A DNA stretch of 64,000 bases from Balanoglossus misakiensis (GCA_040954595.2 CM082577.2:10832537-10896536); one strand, 5' to 3'; numbered from the stretch's first letter, positions 25,873 through 38,720 are shown. A program made the numbers and translations. Notes: generated by a model from the letters alone, not told the origin.

Positions 25873-28800
25873 CGCCTAAAAAAGTGGAAACAAAAAAGCC
25901 GTGAACCGAACAACATGGCTTTTTTACGCTATGTGAGCATGTATGAGAGAGATGGGGAGGGGGTGGGGGAGAGTGAGAGAGAAGAGAGGGGGGAGAGGGA
26001 TAAAGAGATGACGGGGAGGGAGGTATTTGTGAAATGCCCTGTGTTGAGATATTGAGATACCACTTGGCAAAGGCGACGGGCTGATGCAGACGGACTGCTA
26101 TTTAGACAGACAGACAGACAGACAGAGTGACACACATACTGTCAGACACACAGACAGGCATAATTATGAACATGTAAACGACACTCAGAAAGTTTGTCGG
26201 TATTAGCTGAGTAATAACGTTTTTCTGGATTCGTTGTGTTCGTCTTCTAAATACCTTTGCGTTGAATTTGATTACCACCTTTAACTTAGACGACATACAT
26301 GTATGTGAATAAGTGAATGAAACTCAAAGTGATCATGCCAGTGTATACTATGGGTTCTCATAGCACTTACCGTCTTTACACTAAACCGTCGACAGATGAA
26401 GGATCTCCAAAGGTACAAGTTGTAGCCGTTACCTCCGAGTAAGCTTACGTACCGAAACGTGTAACTCACTTTCAATAAGTCTTATACAAATGTGACGTGG
26501 CAATGATTCACAATTTCGTATAGCTGATGTTTGTCAGATCTCGTGCTTGAGCGGAAATTGTCTAATTTACGTTAAAAACAATGCAATAAGTTCGTTTTGA
26601 TTGGAATGAAGCGGGTTCTGATAATACACCGTGAACATATGTTATACTGAAATTGATATATCACACTTCTGATGGCATCACGCAAGGTTTTGGAACAGCT
26701 TGCTGGCTCAACTGTTTTTGTAGAGGCCCTAGTTGACTTGATGCAAATAGTAAAGGGTAGAATGCGCTTCGAAAATCAAACTCACATTATGCTCAAGTCG
26801 ACGGTATATTATTTTCTCTTACAACTGACAATAAACAATTTACCGTGCAAAAGGCGGCAATCGCGTATTAACTGTGTGGAGAAATGATTTTTATGAAAAC
26901 ATTAGACGTTATTTGTTGTTTCTAAGCAAAGACCACACACTTTAATAAATCAGATTTGAAAACATTGGCGGACTATACCTTTTCTGAAAATCTGTCCCCG
27001 CGGAGCTACCTAGACCTTAATTTTACCAAATGATCTTGTGATCATTTCTCTAAAACATGGACAATCCCACGTATACTAATTTGGTAGTTGTCGCCATTAA
27101 CGGTGAATAGCCTATCAACAAACATATGTCAAAAACTAGAAGCAAGAAAGGGTATTTCACAAAAGAGAGGCTTACGAAATGGCGGATTTTTTTGCTGGCA
27201 GGTGACAAATGAGGATCTCGAAAATCGCCACAGCCACTTCTGCGCTGTGATGGCCTACACGTGCATTGCAATGTGAAGTACGCTGACAGGCTAAGTGACA
27301 ACCATCCGTCGACCAAGAAAACAACATCTTCAAGACTAGAAATTTTACTTATCTTTAAAGTTTGTTAATGACCCTTAACAACAGACTTTTGATAAGGAAA
27401 CATCGTTAAGCATTTCTTTTCAAACGCTGAAGGGCGTTCTTCGAGATTGTGCACGTGATTTATTCAAAATTGCTTGCGTGGCGGATCGTGCACAGGTCCT
27501 TAATTAATTATTTACTCCATATGCACGATATGATACACCGTGATTGGGTTTGCCGTCCATATGCTTGAATACGTCAGTCTTCGACGGCTATCTGGGTATG
27601 CAAATTTAAAATAATCCTGTAATAAAGAAGCAAATAGATCGAATATCATAGTAAAATCAACTTTCGACTTGGCAGCTGACACGGCATCAGGTGAGTACAA
27701 CAATGTTGAAAAATCTTTAAATTACTGTAAAGAAATTCGCTTATCTTCAAAGTTGGGATTGGGTCTATACCCGTATATGTGTTATTTTACTCAAGCAAAC
27801 GTCCACAAGTTTAAAAATTCTACAATCTTTTGACATTTTTTCCGTGAAAAAGCCTGAAATACCATGCTACGCTTTCGTTGGAATTACAACGCAACTAAGA
27901 TTTTGGGGGTCAAAAATGCGTGCCAAATAAAACATTCATTCGCCGTTTCAGAAAAAATGCTGTTGTGATATAATCTTACATAAAGCTAGTGCATTTACTG
28001 AATATTGAGAATAATAAGGACATAGTGCAGCAGTTTGCTTTTTTTTCTCAAATCGAATGCTGATAGTGCAGAATTAAACGGGCCCAAACGTTATGCAGGA
28101 GGTAAGGATATTTTAGGCATTAATTACTGTAAAACGTCAAGTGAAAGTGACGCCCTATAAGGTGTGGATTTCAAGCACCTTTCGTTTTTCTAAGTATATG
28201 TCTACGTCGTGCACTTGAATTCCTTGAATAAACGGAAGTCGAATTGCCATAAAAGCCCCTGGCTGTGTACTTACATGTATGTTGTTCAGTATGGTACACG
28301 TAGAGTTTCACATGCCTGAGATAAAATAAAACGCAAGAGACTAGCCATAATCATATCCATGCAAGAAAACAGCGATGCCAGCCCGAGTTGCAGATGTAGT
28401 TGACGAGTTTTGCTCTGTATACCAGTTTTTATTACAATCATCTCTCTGACATACCATCTCATCAGAAATTATGCTGACCTAGCTTCAAAGAGACTTCAAA
28501 TTTCATTAATATTCACGCAATGATCGCTTGTTTATAAGCTCTGATAGTCGGTATTGTTTTCCAAACAAAATTATTAATCGCCACGAATTGTTTACAGCAT
28601 TGAACAGTGAAGTGTTGCTATGATTCTAGAGAGAAAACCTGGATGTTGTTTAGATGTTAGTTTCAAACATCAACTACTAACACACAAAGACGGCAGTTAG
28701 TAACATAACATGGAAAACTATTGAAGGAAATAGTAATACTTGTATGTTTTTGACAGAAGCAATAATTCTTTTTTTACGCAAAAACTAAATTGAACTTTTC

Positions 28801-28892
28801 ATGCTGGTAGTGATCACTTCTGAGTTAACGAACGTCACATCAGGCCTCATTGTTCCTTCGCAGTATTGTTCAAGGATTGGCAGGTTACAACG

Positions 28893-31800
28893 ATGAAGGG
28901 TCGCACAGCTTTTCGGTTGGTCTTGCTATTGGCGTTGATCGCCATACTCTCAACATTAATTCAGCCAACAGATGCCACCAAGCCAAAGCGTACGGTATGT
29001 ACACATGACAAACAAGGCACATGTGCTTTCAGGTCGATAGTGTCTAAAATGTGTAAATTTAAGCAATACATTTTCATCAAATCCAACATTTTTTAAACGC
29101 AACTGATCTCAATAATCTATCATCTTTATCTTTAGTAAGTTCTATAAAATTTGTTCAATTACCTCTGATTTATAGCAATAATTGCATATATGTTTTTTTT
29201 TAAATATTAAAACCAGTACTTAATTAACACACAAATCACAACATTCATTAAATATGCAATTTTGTTATATATTGATTAGAAACAAGTATTTCAAATACAG
29301 TATAAACATGTAAAACAGTTGTCTGACAAGTTTAAAGCTCCATTAGCTGTAACCTTAAATGCCCAATAACCAGCTTATTAACTTAACCAATATGTAGTTG
29401 TCAGTAAATGTCTCACAACAGTCAGATGTGTCAGTTAACCATTTGTAGCATGTTTGATCAAATTTGGTGCAGTAATTTCAGAAATGAAATACTAATTAGA
29501 AACGTTCATTAAATATGCAAATGAGCAATCTATTGATTAAAAGCTCTAAGTTATTGACTAAATACAGTTTAATAGATGTGAAAACAATGTCTCTGGCATG
29601 TTTCTTTCGATTTGGTGCACTATCTCTGTTTGTATCAGGTTAATTGCACAAATATAGATAAATATGCAAATTATCGACTAATTAACAAGACACTGCTAAA
29701 AGTCTCACTAACAGTTAGATCCGTCAGATCAACATTTGTAGCATGTTTCATCAAATTGTGTGCAGTAATTGCAAAAATGCATGTAAAGTGATAATTATTG
29801 AAAAGTCAATAAAGTGGAAATGGGCAGTATACTGATTAAACACTGTAAGTTATTGAATATTCAAATTGGCCATTTAGTGACATTTTTCTGAATGTCTTGT
29901 AACAATCAAATTCGGTGCAGTAAGTTCAGAAATATAGTGCTAATTAAAAAAGGTCATTAAAATAAAAATGAGCAGAAAATTGACATGACACACATAGAAC
30001 CATGATAGCCTCGTGAAATTGCTATCTGCAGATGGTTTCATCAAATTTGGTGAAGTAATTCTCTGTATAAGACGATGCTTTTCAAATGCCCCTCAAAGAC
30101 AATCTCGTAGGAGTAATGATATAACCGTAATAACTTCATTAATATGCAAGCTTCGCCCACCAAAATCTAATCAGTTTTTGCCATTTGGAAACTGAATCAG
30201 CATAACAGATTTATTCAGTCGTTCTTGAGATATCGTGTGTAAAAACAGACAGACAGACACACAGACTTAAATCGTTATGGCATTTGCTCAAGAGTGTGCA
30301 AACACGCGGGCTAAACAGAAGTTTTGAACAAAAGCTTTGAGAAAAATTATGCTTCAACCGTCTTGTGATCGGATCTTTGTTTACATTATTGCTTGAACAT
30401 CATATTTTTCTAGGGTGTTAAAAAGGGCGACAGAGGCAAACCGAGTGATTGGAAACCAGATGATGCCAAAAGCAGCTCTGGCAGTGACGGGACAATCAAG
30501 ATAAGTGCAGCCAGTGGCAGTAGTAGCTCGGACAAGCCCAAAAGAGGAAGTTCATCAAATGACGGTGGCATGGGTAGTGGGTCAATCAAGATACGTCCGC
30601 TCAGTGGCAGTAGCTCGGACAAGTCCAAAAAAGGAAGTTCATCAAAACACGGCAGCAAGGGTAGTGGGTCCTTTGAGATAGGTCCAGTCAGTGGCAGTAG
30701 CTCGGACAAGTCCACAAAAGGAAGTTCATCAAAGCATGGTAGCAAGAGTAGTGGGTCTATTGAGATAACTCCAGTCAGTGGCAGTAGCTCGGACAAGTCC
30801 AAAAAAGGAAGTTCATCAAAGCATGGTAGCAAGAGTAGTGGGTCCATTGAGATAGGTCCAGTCAGTGGCAGTAGCTCGGACAAGTCCACAAAAGGAAGTT
30901 CATCAAAGCATGGTAGCAAGAGTAGTGGGTCCATTGAGATAACTCCAGTCAGTGGCAGTAGCTCGGACAAGTCCAAAAAAGGAAGTTCATCAAAACACGG
31001 CAGCAAGGGTAGTGGGTCCTTTGAGATAGGTCCAGTCAGTGGCAGTAGCTCGGACAAGTCCACAAAAGGAAGTTCATCAAAGCATGGTAGCAAGAGTAGT
31101 GGGTCCATTGAGATAGGTCCAGTCAGTGGCAGTAGCTCGGACAAGTCCACAAAAGGAAGTTCATCAAAGCATGGTAGCAAGAGTAGTGGGTCCATTGAGA
31201 TAGGTCCAGTCAGTGGCAGTAGCTCGGACAAGTCCACAAAAGGAAGTTCATCAAAGCATGGTAGCAAGAGTAGTGGGTCCATTGAGATAATTCCCGTCAG
31301 TGGCAGTAGCTCGGACAAGTCCAAAAAAGGAAGTTCATCAAAGCATGGTAGCAAGAGTAGTGGGTCCATTGAGATAACTCCAGTCAGTGGCAGTAGCTCG
31401 GACAAGTCCAAAAAAGGAAGTTCATCAAAGCATGGTAGCAAGAGTAGTGGGTCCATTGAGATAGGTCCAGTCAGTGGCAGTAGCTCGGACAAGTCCACAA
31501 AAGGAAGTTCATCAAAGCATGGTAGCAAGAGTAGTGGGTCCATTGAGATAATTCCCGTCAGTGGCAGTAGCTCGGACAAGTCCAAAAAAGGAAGTTCATC
31601 AAAGCATGGTAGCAAGAGTAGTGGGTCCATTGAGATAGGTCCAGTCAGTGGCAGTAGCTCGGACAAGTCCACAAAAGGAAGTTCATCAAAGCATGGTAGC
31701 AAGAGTAGTGGGTCCATTGAGATAACTCCAGTCAGTGGCAGTAGCTCGGACAAGTCCAAAAAAGGAAAATCATCAAATCATGGTAGCAGTAGCTCTAGCA

Positions 31801-32416
31801 GTGAATCTGGAAGGAGCAGCGATAGCAGCGAGGAATTACCAAATGGCGGCGGTGGTTCAAGTACCCCACCATCATGCAATGATTGCCCAGGTAAAAACGT
31901 CCTTTAAATTTCTGCCCAACATCATTGTGGCCGTGCCCTTCTAGTCTAGTCAATATAGGGATATACCCACCTCAAATTGCAACATAATTTTTTTCTTCAC
32001 AATGCATTTTGGAGAGATGTCTAGAAAAACATATTAAAACGCATCCGAATCCGCCAATCCAATATGGCCGACAAATTAATGTTCGGCTTATCCCTATGCC
32101 GCTTGATTTCCATACAGATTCTGGAAACTGTGAGGCGTGCGCAGACATTGGCCCAGGAGACGCCCCAGACGATTCGCCCCACTTCAACTGCGACGGAGAC
32201 CAAGAGAGCATGTGCGCCACGATTCGATGTTATCTCAAGAAAATAGTCCTGCGTCTTATCGACATCATAGATGGCTTTAGGGACCAATTGCTCAAGCTGG
32301 AAGACTACCTGAGGGCGTACCTGGATCAGCTGAACGGCGCCAGCTGTGAAGACGTTCTCTGCGCCATACTGACCTGCTTGCAGGACTTATTGGCCTACCT
32401 CTGCCTCAATTACTAA
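28893..32416 (+). CDS. Secreted protein (625 aa): signal peptide, Ser/Lys/Gly-rich 29-aa tandem repeats, C-terminal Cys-bracketed helical domain
   Basis: Exons 28893-28994 (MKGRTAFRLVLLLALIAILSTLIQPTDATKPKRT), 30414-31890 and 32118-32416 (DSGNCEACADIG...LLAYLCLNY*); phases 0 and 1 fit; 1,878 nt. AATAAA at ~32547 and ~32680. Confidence 0.88.
29190..30310. repeat. Intronic interspersed element with ~290-bp internal degenerate repeats and a terminal (CAGA)n tract
   Basis: CATTTGTAGCATGTTT.ATCAAATT..GTGCAGTAATT recurs at ~29439 and ~29733; AAATATGCAA recurs; ACAGACAGACAGACACACAGAC at ~30245. Family not identified. Confidence 0.45.
30573..31790 (+). repeat. Coding minisatellite, 14 x 87 bp
   Basis: Unit encodes SSGSIEI(G/T/I)PVSGSSSDKS(K/T)KGSSSKHGSK; a degenerate 15th unit lies just upstream. 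Confidence 0.95.
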
Positions 32417-33251
32417 ACATATGTCGCCTTGTCCCCAGACTCGAATTAAACAGAAATCGGTGTTAAGAATTAACACTGAATGATAGAATACGTAAAACCG
32501 AACAAAGTTAGCGGTAAACCTCCAAATGTCAGAATTCAGTGGTACAAATAAAACAGTTGGGTCAAATCACCAGTGTACTCATATGTAAATGTGTTACTAG
32601 TACTTTGAGTATGACGTGTGGATCAACCTGGTAACTATGTGTCTCCCACGCTTAAACCGCCAACTTGCACGTTTTGGCAAATAAAGATGTACCGTTTGTA
32701 AATGGTAGTTTTATTAGATGGTTTTTCGGGAAAAGTGATTACTAACCTTACAACAGGTTGGTATCCAAATAATACAAATCAAGCTTTATGCAAAACTAGA
32801 ATACCTGCAGAGCTTAAGAATATTGTCCCTTTTGCTTTTAACATGGGTATGATTGGCCATGCATTGTTTGTCCTGTGTCACGTGAGAATATACTCGCATT
32901 TTAACTGCCGAGCCACACGAGAAAAAAAAATAACAAATTCACCGGACTGCTGTTTGATTGATTGGTTTATTTCATGAATTACACATTCACCCTCCCTGGG
33001 ATGGAAGGGTGGGTCAAAGGTGACGAATTCAACAAGTATAGTGTGTCAGTTGTCAGATCTGGTTATCGCATCCCACACTTGAACAAAAGTTTTAATCTAC
33101 AAATAAGTGACTAAATCCCAAACTCGAGAGTTAGGTATCCGAATGTACGCTGTCATTTCATAATTATCGAAATGAAATATAGGCAGTTGTGTGGGCTGGT
33201 TCTGAAACTCCATTGTGGCGCCACGTTTTTCCTTCTGGCGGATCAGAGATG

Positions 33252-36200
33252 TTACTTGTTGCAGCTGAAAACATAAAGAAATATTAATAGATATCAAAAA
33301 TACGACAAAAAAGTCATGCTTCAAAAGGGTACCAAAAACAAACAAGTGTCTTTATACAAACTAAGTATAAAGAAACTGGTAACTTGAAGTGTGGAAGTAC
33401 CCGATACACTACACGTAATGCCTCTTCAACAACTACGTTGTGCACAAAACTCACCTGTTGGGTACTTCCCAACTGTCGACAAACTCACTCACGTTGCCTG
33501 TCATCTGACCATTGCGCATCATCAGGTCGTTGTCGGGGTTACCGTCGTTGTTTCCGAGCAGTCCGCAGACTTTGCTCTCCAGCTCCGGTGAAACTTCCAG
33601 TTTGACATGGTGGACGCCATCGAACGACACAGTGAAGTGGCCGTTGTAGTGGAACTCCATCTTTCCATCTTCATTGCCAAGCGACATGCGGTCGTCTCCG
33701 AGGTTGACCGAGTTCAATAAACCGTTTGCAACTTTTCCGCTGACCTTGGGTGAGAAAGACCATGTATCGTTATTTCACACACCTTCTTTGCAATGAAGCT
33801 ACTTTTGCACTCACAATAAATATTGCTTTCAATCTCGATGTGGGTAATGAAACTTTGCAATCCAAATTGTTTTTGAAAACCACGACATAGTAATCACTTA
33901 CAAGTCAGCTCAAATGCAGTGTTCTTACCGTTACCACATCCTTTGGTCCAAAAGTCACGACTTCATCCCGGACGCGAATTTTGACACCACTGACACGTGT
34001 CACAGGGTGACCTTGAAAATCACCTTCTTCGTTAATGACCTGGATTGCCCACTGAGGTGCATTGGCATCGAGACAGTCCTGCAGGAGTACATAGGAACAC
34101 TTTCCTTGGTTTGAAAAACGCTTTCCGTCTAAACTCATGTAGTGTGGATCCCCGCTCGCACCGCCGTCTGTAATATTCAAACGAAATCAAAATGGCACTT
34201 CTGTTGACCACGCATGCGTACACGATCATGCCGTGTTGTGTTTGTACATTTTGAATATCAGCTTGATCTGATTGTACAAATTCTAGTCACCGGAGAGGGT
34301 GGGGTTGGTGGGGCTTGGAACGTTAACGCAAAAGACTTGATTACCTATAACAGGAATGCTCTCAAATTGTTCAAGGCGGGCCATAGATCTATGAGTAAAA
34401 CCAGAGTTTAAACTCGGAATCATTTTGAAAATATCTCATGCACTTAAAATTATATTTTGTATACCATCTGTGCAACAGACTTGGCCGGTTGAACACATTC
34501 CCGGCTCATTGTATTCCTCTTCGGAGGCTCCGCACGCATCTCTACAAATTCCAATATCGAACTGAGTGCAGCTGTCTATATATATGTGAGTGTAAAAAAA
34601 CATACAAAGTTACATGATTGATCAAGATGCCGCTAATCCTGTCCAGACAGCGCAAAAAGCGGAACACTTCTGTAATTATAATAAGAGACATGCCCAGGAA
34701 TCAAATCGTTCCGAAAGCACAATAGTTTGCAAACATTTTACAATAGTACTTGCAAATTCCAATTATATTATCTGGGGCTTTTACAACCATATGATGGAAT
34801 TTACGAATGACTTTGTATGGTAGAATAAAAAACAACAACAACCAAATACGGTTGCCATTTCGAAATCTATAGCTATTCAATTCTATAACTATAACCGCTG
34901 CGTTGGCGTGTTGTGTGATATTCAAAACACCAAGGCATAGAAACCTAGACCGATTTTAAAACCACGCAAATTTCTGAATTTAAGATGGGGTCATTTCTGT
35001 TCTTGCCTTCGGGAACAGCTTCGGCTTCCGTTGTTCCTGGTGCCCGTGGTATGGCAGGTGCGGCTCTTTCTTGGTGAATACCTGGCAGGAGTAGAGACAT
35101 ACTCATCTGATCTGTCAATTTTATGGGTAGTACAACGTGTTGTATGAAGAATGTATTCTGTGCATACCATATTGCATGTCTCTATACACTTAATAAAGCG
35201 AGACACACCATTGCTGACATATAATTTGCAATGAGAAAATTGGTGAAAAACGCGCTTGGGCAATATCCATCCCCAAGCGGTTGGACCTTTGATCAGAACA
35301 TCGGTTATACACGGCTGGTATGTTTTCAACAATACGCGTCGGTCAGAGTTGCTTAAATGTGAAAGCTGTTTGGCTCACATAACTCATAACTGGAACACTC
35401 CTTTTACGCATTCTCCGGAGAACAAGTGTAAACATTTAAGATTTTTACAGCGATGATTGAACGACTTACCGCTGACCTCGTTTCTGAATATCAAATCTTT
35501 GAACGTCGCCTTCTAAAAAGAGCAAGACAGAGCGAAATAAGAAAGATGGGCTTCATTATTTCATGCCAAAAGTCAGCATTTTAGTTGTGCGAAGCACTGT
35601 GGAACAGTTGCGGTTATACATATGATATATACAGGTGTACACGAAAATTCTCTTCTGGACATCGATGGACAATTCGGGAGTTAACTTAGTAGTAAGTTCT
35701 AAGCTTCGGAGAGAACGTTGCCTGGTTCGCACGGCTTTTCTATAAATCACAGTTTCAGTCTTGTGCACTAGAGGTTTGGGAAAGGAAAAACCCCCTCCAA
35801 GTAAACACATTTAAACTTATAAATACGCGAAGAGATTAACCAGATGTGTCGGCGGTGGACAAACTTTGGGTGACCGAGTCAGTTATTCACGCAGACGCAC
35901 CCATGAACACTCTGCAGTGTTCAAACCATCTTTCCTCCACATTTGCATTGGCCGATGTTCAATACAAAAAACACGTCCGCTGATGTGGCATATGATGTGT
36001 GTACAACACTTGAAAACTGTCACACCCTTTCAGTTCAGTTCCGCTAAAGGTGAACCTTTCGTGAACCGTTGGTGACCTAGCCTGCAGTGGGGCTAAAGTA
36101 TACTCTCCAAGTGAAGTAGAGGGGTCTTAGCAACAACGCTATTGTCAACATACCATATTGATCGGCTGAGTGCATACATGCATATTTATCAGTAGCGCAT

Positions 36201-36727
36201 TTTAATGCAACGTCACCCATGCCAACGTTTCACAAATATAAAGTAATACATTATTATTTTTTTTAAGCTGGAATCTTGAAAATGGTTTTAGATTTAGGTC
36301 TAATTGCTCCCGGGAAAAGTGCTAACGTGGGACATCATTTTTCATTAAATGACACATTCATGGGTTATGTAAACGTGAGTTGGGAGTGTGTCAACCAGTC
36401 GTTGAGGTTTTTCAGTGAACAACAACGTAAATATATATTAACAGATATAAAGCCAAAATATTTTCAAAAATTAGCGACTTTGCCCACGGAATATCAAACC
36501 AGTCCTCTTGGAAAATGGCTTAGTAGTAAAGATTGGCCCTACTTTGCATCACCATCTACACAAAACCCTACTGAATGGGTTTCTTTGCGACACCGGAGAA
36601 TGCAGGCCATGAGTAGATTCTCCACCAATGCACAGCGGTTTGTGAAATGACTTACTTGCGATAGCTGGCTGGGCACTGCTGCCACCATGGCAACGAAGAA
36701 AATGGTTCCGAAGATTGCTGTCTTCAT
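33252..36727 (-). CDS. Small secreted protein (280 aa): signal peptide, linker, beta-defensin-like 6-Cys module, single VWD (von Willebrand factor type D) domain
   Basis: Exons 36727-36656, 35512-35470, 35081-35007 (GC donor), 34575-34465, 34167-33929, 33744-33455, 33264-33252; 843 nt, phases consistent. VWD hallmarks ASGDPHYMSLDGKRFSNQGKCSYVLLQDC and VCGLLGNNDGNPDNDL...FVDSWEV. Confidence 0.88.
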
Positions 36728-36939
36728 TGCGATAAATGCCAATCTGAAATAAATGCCGAGATTTATTATCACATTTGAAACCAAAGTGCGAAAAGTCAAC
36801 CACGATAAAATATAAAAGTTCACCGGAAAATTCTCTGCTGAACGCAGAGGATTGTGAGGGTGACTTACAGTCAATCCGGGCAAATGAGGATGTCAAGTCT
36901 CAGTGATGGCAGTCTGTGTCCACGTATGCGGTCGTCGCT

Positions 36940-37165
36940 CATTTATGGACATGGTTCTCCACTTCTAACCCAATCAGAGGGCAGCTTCACTTCGAATTAA
37001 TCAGACCGAGTGCAGGTCCTCTTGCAGAGACCAATCAAAGTGCCAGTCTTAAAACATGTCGATGTGTCCCGAAAGACCGAAGTGACCTGCAGTGATCAAG
37101 AAATGGCGCCCGTTGGCTGAAAGCTGGCATGTCAGTTTTAAGTCTGCCGCATTCCACCAATCAGA
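36940..37165 (-). promoter_or_regulatory. Probable promoter of the VWD gene
   Basis: TATA-like CATAAAT on the minus strand at ~36941-36947, upstream of a non-coding exon (donor at ~36868); three CCAATCA boxes at ~36971, 37031 and 37157. Confidence 0.45.
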
Positions 37166-38539
37166 GACGACATTCTTCCCGGGGTGTAGCACTTCAGGTC
37201 CAAGCACTTTCAAGTGATCGTAACGTGGCGTGTGATTTTGAATTACACGTCAATAGAAACACGTCGGTGCATGTGTTATGAACCTTCATCTCCTTGCTGT
37301 GATTGATGATACATATGACACTTAAGAGACAATTTAAATCAAATTGGTTTCTGGCGTCCCTGGTTGTACGCAAATATCGCTTTGATATGAGATCATGGTA
37401 TGTGTTAGGGTAGCACGTAAACATAATATTCAAATTATCAAATATTGTACTTATATTTGCCACAAGCAGAATTTAAACCCGAACAAAATAAATACATTTG
37501 TTTATATCACGTAGGGTTGTGCCCCAAAACTCGCTGTTTGTGGTAGTTGAAACGATCGCAAGTGTTTGTGACCTCAAATTTGATAAAGACTGCGACCCGG
37601 GTTTATTTTGGTTTCGCAATTAGGCTATGACAGAAAACATCCTATTGATTTTTTGGCATTAGGGTAATTCCCAGAACAATGAACATTCACAAAGCCCTGT
37701 ACGCGCTTTATTCTTTGCTTGCGCAGATGTGAGGTGAAAGTCCGACCAGGTACGCGTCTGACGTCAACGGTTTGCGTTACCCAAGCAACAGCTCTATCGA
37801 GAAGTTTTTTCTCACTGAGGACATCGGAAGCATTGTCCGCTAATACGGGTCGTTGGCTCTACCACAGCAAGTCTCCCTAACGAACCAATGCGGGCGGCTC
37901 AGCATGACTATAGCGTGTTTCGGATCTTCAAATTCTGGCGGACATGACGTCACCACCCTACCCTTCCCTTGTGCTGCTGTATTCAAAGCCTAATTACGCA
38001 GCGATAATATTCCGCCAGGTGTTAACTCATTAATATTCATAAGCATGGAGTATAAAGGTAGAACGGGAATAAGGACACAGTGTCATTTCCTTGCACAGTC
38101 AGGGCTGTTACCACCGGTATATAGTATGGCTCCCAATCATGATGTTCCTGCCCAGCAGACCACCGCGGACAGCAGAGGCCCGAGGCGGGGGGGGGGGGAC
38201 CCTTATGCCAGCGACGTTCATGATCGACCGAGAACTGCCCTGCGTCCCCGTCCATCCAAATCCATAACTTCCGTGAAACCATCACACCTACCACTGGAGG
38301 AGCCAGGCGTTCCCTAAGGCTAAGCGGAAGAGTGATGCCAATGGACATTTACAGCCTCTCACCCACTACATCCAAGACAAGCTCTCTGAGATTACAGGTG
38401 AGTGCTCGCCACTTGAGCAGATGAAAATCGACCTCTATGATCTGTCTTCATGGAACAGTGACATTCCAGTTGAGCTTCCTCCACATACCATGTACAACCC
38501 TAACTGAATGGTGTGCTACTCGTTTTATTGCAATGAAAT

Positions 38540-38720
38540 CCAGGTATGGTCACTCGTACCCAGAACTTGTACAGCTTGCACAGATTCTACTGTCCATACC
38601 ATGGCCTGAAAGGGGCGTTGGCAAAGTGAGGCTGGTGAAAACAAGACTGAGAAGCCAACTTAAGAATGACATCTTGAATGCTCTTCTCCACATATCCCTG
38701 AATGGTTCAAAGAAGAGAAG
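38540..38720 (+). pseudogene. hAT transposase C-terminal dimerisation-domain fragment (ZNF862-like)
   Basis: YPELVQLAQILLSIPW..ERG..KVRLVKTRLRSQLKNDILNALLHISLNG, with internal deletions. Confidence 0.7.

Noticed and set aside
30410-31759. 449-aa minus-strand ORF (MDLSELLPLTG... repeats)
   Set aside because: Antisense shadow of the 87-bp coding minisatellite; the + strand has the signal peptide, splice sites and conserved C-terminal domain.
30573-31790. CRISPR-like regular repeats
   Set aside because: Units are contiguous with no unique spacers, there are no cas genes, and the context is a eukaryotic exon.
32118-32416. Saposin-like or known four-helix cytokine assignment for the shared Cys domain
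   Set aside because: Cys spacing (C-x7-C-x43-C-x4-C-x13-C) does not fit the saposin pattern, so it is left unassigned pending a profile search.
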